Shown here piece after piece: positions 53,195-58,107 of a stretch of DNA of 58,107 nt (position 1 is the first letter of the stretch; each line of letters starts with the position of its first letter). This DNA is from a virus (taxonomy: Duplodnaviria; Caudoviricetes), in the IMG/VR virus record IMGVR_UViG_3300020021_000013, positions 1-58,107 of that record. One strand, written 5' to 3'. A program made the position numbers and the translations under genes. The notes below the pieces were generated by a model. That model made no database searches, was not told where the DNA came from, and saw only the letters and a list, made by a program, of their open reading frames with translations.

Positions 53195-53545
53195 TCACGG
53201 CCCGAGCAGTGAGTACGCGGCGACCTTGAGCTGAGCGGAGTCGACGTTCCACAGCAGCTGCGAGCCGTAGAACTGCACCGGGAACGGGCCCACCAGCTGC
53301 GTACCCGACGCCGACCCGGGGATCGTGTACGGGCGTGGACCGGCCGTCAGCCCGTCCACGCCGGACGCCACCGTCACAGTCAGACCGTGCGGGTTCGTGT
53401 CGCCCGACACCACGGCCAGCATGGTCGCCCCGTCGTTCGGGCTGACGTTGCCGTTGGCCACATCCCCGGCCACCGACGGCGCCGGGAAGGCGGTCAGGAT
53501 GAGACGGCTCACGCTGGTGGCGGCCAGGAAGGTGCGTCCGGCCAT
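53195..53545 (-). CDS. Small beta-rich (probably virion) protein
   Basis: 116 aa; NGN..PNDG, GPFP...YG; GAGG RBS. Confidence 0.6.
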   Translation of the reverse strand: MAGRTFLAATSVSRLILTAFPAPSVAGDVANGNVSPNDGATMLAVVSGDTNPHGLTVTVASGVDGLTAGPRPYTIPGSASGTQLVGPFPVQFYGSQLLWNVDSAQLKVAAYSLLGP

Positions 53546-53590
53546 CAGGCCCTCGTTTCAGGTAGCGCTAGCAGTGGGTACCAGTCTGCC

Positions 53591-53755
53591 ATGTTTGCCC
53601 TGATTGCAGCGATCATCTGGTTCCTGGACGCCTTCGGCGTGCACGTAGCGTCGATCAACCTGCTACTGCTGGGCCTGGCGTTCCTCGGCCTGCACTTCGC
53701 CTTCGGATGGAGCCTGGGGGTTGCGGCCCCGTGGAACCGCAACCCCCAGGCTTAA
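53591..53755 (+). CDS. 54-aa membrane protein
   Basis: MFALIAAIIWFL...LLLLGLAFLGLHF. Confidence 0.55.
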   Translation: MFALIAAIIWFLDAFGVHVASINLLLLGLAFLGLHFAFGWSLGVAAPWNRNPQA

Positions 53756-54087
53756 CGAGCGTCGCTGGGCAGCTCGCCGCAGTGATGACTCTCCGGCGAC
53801 CCGAACACGTAGCCATGGCTGCACCTCGGCTGCTCGCCGCGTGAGGCCCTAGCCATGGAGGCCGGGACCAGCTTGTGTCCGACCGCGTCCTTCGGGGCGG
53901 CAAGCGGGGTCACGTGCTGCCGGGCATACGCGGTGAGGACCACCTGGAGGAAACCGGCTCCGGCGTCCACCCACTGCGCCGCACGGCCCGTGAGGACGCC
54001 GGAGCCCTGGAGCACGATCAGCACCGCGAGCAGCGTCGTGCCCCACGTGATGAGCGTGGCGAGCGGGAACCGCTTGAAGAAGTTCAC
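53752..54087 (-). CDS. Holin
   Basis: GTGA overlap with endolysin stop; two TM segments; RQHVTP..P.D..G..LVP. Confidence 0.7.
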   Translation of the reverse strand: MNFFKRFPLATLITWGTTLLAVLIVLQGSGVLTGRAAQWVDAGAGFLQVVLTAYARQHVTPLAAPKDAVGHKLVPASMARASRGEQPRCSHGYVFGSPESHHCGELPSDAR

Positions 54088-55052
54088 GACTGGCCACCGG
54101 CGAGGGTCTTGAGGGCGTTCAGGACGGCGAGGTCGAGCTGATCCTGAGTGATGACCGGCGCCACCCCCGCACCGAGCGCCTTCAGCAGCGACAGGGCCGT
54201 GACCCCGTCCGGGTCGCTGACGGCCCCGCGAATCGCCACCGAGTAGGGGCTCAGGTAGCGCAGGACACCCCCGGCGGGCTGCATGTTGACGGGCTTCGTG
54301 GTGTCGATCTGAACGTTGAGTGCGTAGTCCCAGACCGCCTTGGCGAGGGCGGCGATGTCGTCGGCGCTGAGAGTTGTCGCCACGTCGGTACTCCATCCCG
54401 GCGCGACTAGCGCCGTAAGTTCGGCGAGCGTGCCCCGGAAGGCGTCCGCGTCGCAGGTGGTCTGCCCGCCGATGGTGGCCGAGCTGGAGTATTGCAGGAT
54501 GCTAGGCGTCCGGCCGCCGTACGCGTCCCAGAGCGACGATCCATCGCCCGGGTACAGCGCCTCGAAGCCGCCGCTGCCGTTGACGTAGGCGCTGGCCCAG
54601 AGCGGGTAACGCAAGGCGGCCACCGAGCTGCCGTACACCCACTTCGGGGCGTAGACGACCGGGTTCAGTAGCGGCATCCGCTCGGCCAGCCGGTCACAGA
54701 AGGCGTTGATCTCCGAGATGGTCGGCACCGTGTTCGGGTCGTTGTTCCACTGCTCGCAGTCGGCCTGGAGGATGAACGGCATATCGCGCCAGCCAGGGCA
54801 CGTCGCGTCGAGGCGGGCGATGAAGGCGTCCGCCCGGGTAGCCGGTGAACCGGGGTAGAGCACCCAGTAGGCGCCGAGCAGCATGCCGCCGCCCGTCTCG
54901 CCGTACGGCTCCATGTGGCCCCACCACATGCCGATCTCGGCGTCGTTGGCGTCTCCGCCCGCCTTGTGGGTCATGAAGTCGAGCCCGGCGGCGTACATCG
55001 CCCGGGCGTCGGGGGCGTCGAAGTGGCTGAGGTCGGCACCGAAGATGGTCAC
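54084..55052 (-). CDS. Endolysin, GH25 muramidase
   Basis: GADLSH, KA.G, GAYW, ADCE, LWASAY, LQYSS, CDADAFRG. Confidence 0.88.
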   Translation of the reverse strand: MTIFGADLSHFDAPDARAMYAAGLDFMTHKAGGDANDAEIGMWWGHMEPYGETGGGMLLGAYWVLYPGSPATRADAFIARLDATCPGWRDMPFILQADCEQWNNDPNTVPTISEINAFCDRLAERMPLLNPVVYAPKWVYGSSVAALRYPLWASAYVNGSGGFEALYPGDGSSLWDAYGGRTPSILQYSSSATIGGQTTCDADAFRGTLAELTALVAPGWSTDVATTLSADDIAALAKAVWDYALNVQIDTTKPVNMQPAGGVLRYLSPYSVAIRGAVSDPDGVTALSLLKALGAGVAPVITQDQLDLAVLNALKTLAGGQS

Positions 55053-55408
55053 GCGGACGTCTCCTCCTGGCCAGCCGGGCGGCTGTCTGCTTCACGGTAC
55101 GCCTTCAGCAGACGACGCCGCCGCCGCGCCTGAAGATCAAAAATGATCCAGGAACGCCAGGCGAGCACCACCGGGAAGCCGACAGCGAACGTCCCCACCC
55201 GCAGCCACACGAACCAGGGCGGGTCGAACAGGTGCGCAATCGAGCTGAGATCCAGCACCCACGAGATCAGCAGCAGGTCCCAGAACACCAGCCAGCCGCC
55301 CCGACCGGACCGCCAGAAACGGGCCAGCGTCACGAAGCTGACGAAGCCGACGGTGGCGAGGACCGCCGACAGGTAGACGCCGATGGTGCCCACGGTCTGA
55401 GGACTCAC
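55049..55408 (-). CDS. Three-TM membrane protein (holin-like)
   Basis: Hydrophobic segments, W.S..G motif; lysis cassette. Confidence 0.6.
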   Translation of the reverse strand: MSPQTVGTIGVYLSAVLATVGFVSFVTLARFWRSGRGGWLVFWDLLLISWVLDLSSIAHLFDPPWFVWLRVGTFAVGFPVVLAWRSWIIFDLQARRRRRLLKAYREADSRPAGQEETSA

Positions 55409-55614
55409 TCACTGCCTCGCAGAATCGAATCGATCAACGGGCCGAAATGGTTGTCCGTGCGCAACCTTTGCAGGGAGGAGGCCACAGCATCCACGCGCGG
55501 AGCGATCCGCTCCGCCTGCCGCTGCTGCTCCACGGCCGTGTCGCGCAGACGTTCAGCCTGGCGCACCGCCTCCTGCGCCTGCTCCAACTCCCTGCGCCAC
55601 GGCCACCACTTCAC
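55405..55614 (-). CDS. Small coiled-coil lysis-cassette protein
   Basis: MKWWPWRR...NHFGPLI. Confidence 0.6.
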   Translation of the reverse strand: MKWWPWRRELEQAQEAVRQAERLRDTAVEQQRQAERIAPRVDAVASSLQRLRTDNHFGPLIDSILRGSE

Positions 55615-55925
55615 GAGGTACCACCCCGGCCCCGAGTATCCCCCCGACCCGCGCGCTGATGCAGGGCGTTAAGGACCTTGTCCTGATTCTCTGCAAGCAC
55701 CATCAGCTTCCCCACCGAGGCCACGAGCGATTCGACGGACCTAGTATTCGCCGATACCCCCGCCTCCGCGATCTCGGCCCGCTTTTCGGCACTTTCCCGC
55801 AGCAACTCCGCCACACGACTCGAAAGCACCTTTCCGCGAAGCATGGAGTAAAACACTGCGAGAAGCGCCGTTACCAGGACTCCGATCAGGTACCAGGGCA
55901 AGCTCTGCGCGTCCACCAAGGTCAT
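55611..55925 (-). CDS. Single-TM coiled-coil protein
   Basis: N-terminal TM then RG; first gene of the lysis cassette. Confidence 0.6.
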   Translation of the reverse strand: MTLVDAQSLPWYLIGVLVTALLAVFYSMLRGKVLSSRVAELLRESAEKRAEIAEAGVSANTRSVESLVASVGKLMVLAENQDKVLNALHQRAGRGDTRGRGGTS

Positions 55926-55979
55926 TTTTGCCCCGTTCTCCTAACACTCCTACCAGATCATTTCACAATGGTCTGACGG

Positions 55980-56606
55980 TTAGGGCACGGTAGGCAGCGC
56001 CACCATCATCAAGCTGAGCGTCGGCGGAATGGCCGTATCGGTGTTGACCGGCCCGACCGGAGTGCCCGTCCAGAACACCTTCAACTCCAGAAAATCCCCG
56101 GCCGCCAGCTTCCACATCGACAGCGCCGACGACCACGCCTGCCCGGTCGCCGAGCTGATCGGCGAATACTTCGAGCCCTGCACCCCCGGGGCTCCCGTGG
56201 CCCCGTTCAGGGCCACCGTGACCTGGAGGCACCCGGACGTGCCCAGTGCGGTACCGAAGACCAGCCCGGCCGCCGCAGAGGCCAGCACCACGCACGGCAC
56301 CGGCGCCGTCAACCGCGTCGGCGAGCCCGCACTGAACCACGCCCCGTTGGCCAACGGGCTGTCCGTCCCGTTGTCCAACGACAGCGTGTCCATGCTGACC
56401 GCCGTCAAAGTGTTCTTGACGACGCTGAGCACCGCCGCCCGGCGCACCGCAACGGAGGCGAACCGCGAGAAGCTCGCGGCCAGACTCGCGGTCTGCACCA
56501 GCGCCTGATCGATGTCCGCCGCCGTCGACTGCACGTCGGAGACAGAGACGACGTCATCCGTCCACGGATAGCGCAGCCGCAGATACGGCGTTTTACGCAT
56601 CGTCAT
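55980..56606 (-). CDS. Minor tail / fibre protein
   Basis: TPYLRLRYP...D N-terminus; C1q/TNF-like L.AGDFLEL C-terminus. Confidence 0.65.
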   Translation of the reverse strand: MTMRKTPYLRLRYPWTDDVVSVSDVQSTAADIDQALVQTASLAASFSRFASVAVRRAAVLSVVKNTLTAVSMDTLSLDNGTDSPLANGAWFSAGSPTRLTAPVPCVVLASAAAGLVFGTALGTSGCLQVTVALNGATGAPGVQGSKYSPISSATGQAWSSALSMWKLAAGDFLELKVFWTGTPVGPVNTDTAIPPTLSLMMVALPTVP

Positions 56607-56607
56607 A

Positions 56608-57201
56608 TCAGACCACCGGCCCCATATACATCCCCCAAAGACGCGAGCCGGACTGGATCGATTTCGAGGTGGTCCCATTCAGGTTGAGGATGCACTGCAC
56701 ATTCCCCTGATAGATGGGGGCCATAGCGAAAACGTTAAGCCATTCGCCGTTGGTGTTCGACTCGTCATTCCGCTGGAAGTAGTCCGTCTCGGTGACGACA
56801 CCCGTCACCTGATCGGTCGTGGAGATGGCGAGCTGCCCCATGACCATGTCCGCGACGACACCGGCCACTGCGTTGGCGACGAGGATCGTGCACCCGAACA
56901 GCCACCACGAGGGCGCCTGGTTGAGCGGCTGATTCCAGCTGCTGGAGCCCGCCGGGAGCCCGCCCGTGTTATCCCAGTCGACGGCGGCCATCTGCAATAT
57001 CTCGATGCCCCCCGTGAAGCCGCTTCCGTTGGCCGTCGACCGGCCGATAAACGACGGACGTCCCATGAACGCCCGGAAGGGCGCCTGCTCGCCGCGCAGG
57101 TCGGCGTCGACGGCCGTCGCGAGCCGGAAGACGTCCTGCACGTCCGCGAAATCAGACTCAAGCGGGTACGGGTAACCCTCGATCGGTGTTGTTCCGCTCA
57201 T
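56608..57201 (-). CDS. Minor tail / fibre protein
   Basis: MSGTTPIEGYPYP...LATAVD; ATGA overlap with upstream gene. Confidence 0.65.
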   Translation of the reverse strand: MSGTTPIEGYPYPLESDFADVQDVFRLATAVDADLRGEQAPFRAFMGRPSFIGRSTANGSGFTGGIEILQMAAVDWDNTGGLPAGSSSWNQPLNQAPSWWLFGCTILVANAVAGVVADMVMGQLAISTTDQVTGVVTETDYFQRNDESNTNGEWLNVFAMAPIYQGNVQCILNLNGTTSKSIQSGSRLWGMYMGPVV

Positions 57202-58107
57202 ACGAAATAGTCCGAGACTTTGATAGCGGACAGGGCCATATATTGGATGGTGATCGTCGTCGCCGTATTGGTCGGGAAGATTTCCACCGTGTACTGCGCT
57301 GGCGTCGTCGGGTCGGTCGAGTAGGTCAGCGCCGAAATGTGGCCGGTTCCGCCGACCCCCTGATCGCCGGATTGGGACGCGTAGGGCCGCATGTGCGTGT
57401 CGAGTCGCCCGAAGGACGGGCCGCCGACCAGTCCGAGCAGCAGAGAGTTGGCGGACGGCGACGTCAGCCGGACTTCGAAGGTGACCAGCCAGATACCGAC
57501 CGGTAGAAAGATCGCCTGGTTGTTGTAGCCCAGATTGGTGGGCGTGCCGATGTTGAACTCGGTCGTCCCGAACGTGGCCGCAAACGCGAACTGGTTGACC
57601 TGGACGACGCTGGTATTGCTGACCCGCACGCGCGGGAACAGCCCGGCGAGGGAGGTCAGCGGGTCGAGTGTCGCCATCGCCGTGTCGGCCGCGCTGGCGA
57701 GCGACTGGAGGGCGGTCTGCTTCGGGTAGGTGAAAGCCGGGTCGGCGCACATCGGGTCCGTCGCGGCGGGGATGGGCAGGTTGTACGACATCGCCACGAC
57801 GTTCTGGAACTTGGCGGTGATCGTGCCCAGCACCGTGGACTCGTCCCGGGCGTACAGGCCGACCTGTGTGCCGGAGGTGTAGTCGGTGAAGGCGGCGTCG
57901 GTGGCGAGGGTCGCCATCCAGCCGCCCGGCTGGGCGGCGCCGACCGCCCACAGCTTCAGCGACATCACGTTCACCTGAAGCAGGCGGGACCAGTAGATTT
58001 GGTACCGCAGGTTGTAGACGGTGTTCGCCACGTACGTCAGCCCGGTGACGGCGGTCGTCGAGAGGGTGACGAGGCCACTGGCGACGATCTTGGAGAAGCG
58101 CAGCGAA
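57198..58107 (-). CDS. Minor tail protein, 3' part of the gene starting at 459
   Basis: Open frame through the terminal repeat. Confidence 0.75.
   Translation of the reverse strand, partial: SLRFSKIVASGLVTLSTTAVTGLTYVANTVYNLRYQIYWSRLLQVNVMSLKLWAVGAAQPGGWMATLATDAAFTDYTSGTQVGLYARDESTVLGTITAKFQNVVAMSYNLPIPAATDPMCADPAFTYPKQTALQSLASAADTAMATLDPLTSLAGLFPRVRVSNTSVVQVNQFAFAATFGTTEFNIGTPTNLGYNNQAIFLPVGIWLVTFEVRLTSPSANSLLLGLVGGPSFGRLDTHMRPYASQSGDQGVGGTGHISALTYSTDPTTPAQYTVEIFPTNTATTITIQYMALSAIKVSDYFV
57969..58107. repeat. Terminal direct repeat, right copy
   Basis: 139 bp, one mismatch to 1-139. Confidence 0.95.

Noticed and set aside
57969-58107. Biological direct terminal repeats of the virion DNA
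   Set aside because: The repeat falls mid-gene, far from the terminase region, and its length suits an assembly overlap; cannot be fully excluded without reads

Overview
The window is an apparently complete, circularly assembled genome of a high-GC tailed phage of Actinobacteria (siphovirus-type). Unit length is about 57,968 bp: positions 1-139 recur at 57969-58107 with one synonymous mismatch, and a minor tail gene reads across the join. The minus strand carries terminase, portal, MuF, a very large ADP-ribosyltransferase, capsid protease, separate hexamer- and pentamer-type capsid proteins, tail genes and a GH25 lysis cassette. The plus strand carries a replication initiator with an internal origin, ERF and many small genes. 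No integrase or DNA polymerase was recognised. The most striking element is a cassette between the two terminase genes. It encodes a ~194-aa protein with RAMP/Cas7-like motifs and a winged-helix partner, flanked by two non-coding arrays of strictly phased GG(Y)NN pentamers (24 and 9 units) whose NN dinucleotides vary. This is a candidate RNA-guided system with a discontinuous guide code; it matches my unverified recollection of the recently reported VIPR systems. Other notable items: an ADP-ribosylation writer/eraser pair, eight tRNA-like RNAs (all with aberrant or absent anticodon arms), a 7-copy palindromic operator/promoter motif, a dispersed AT-rich 12-mer, and a glycosyltransferase/2OG-oxygenase/methyltransferase module. 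All protein calls come from motif recognition by eye, not from database searches.
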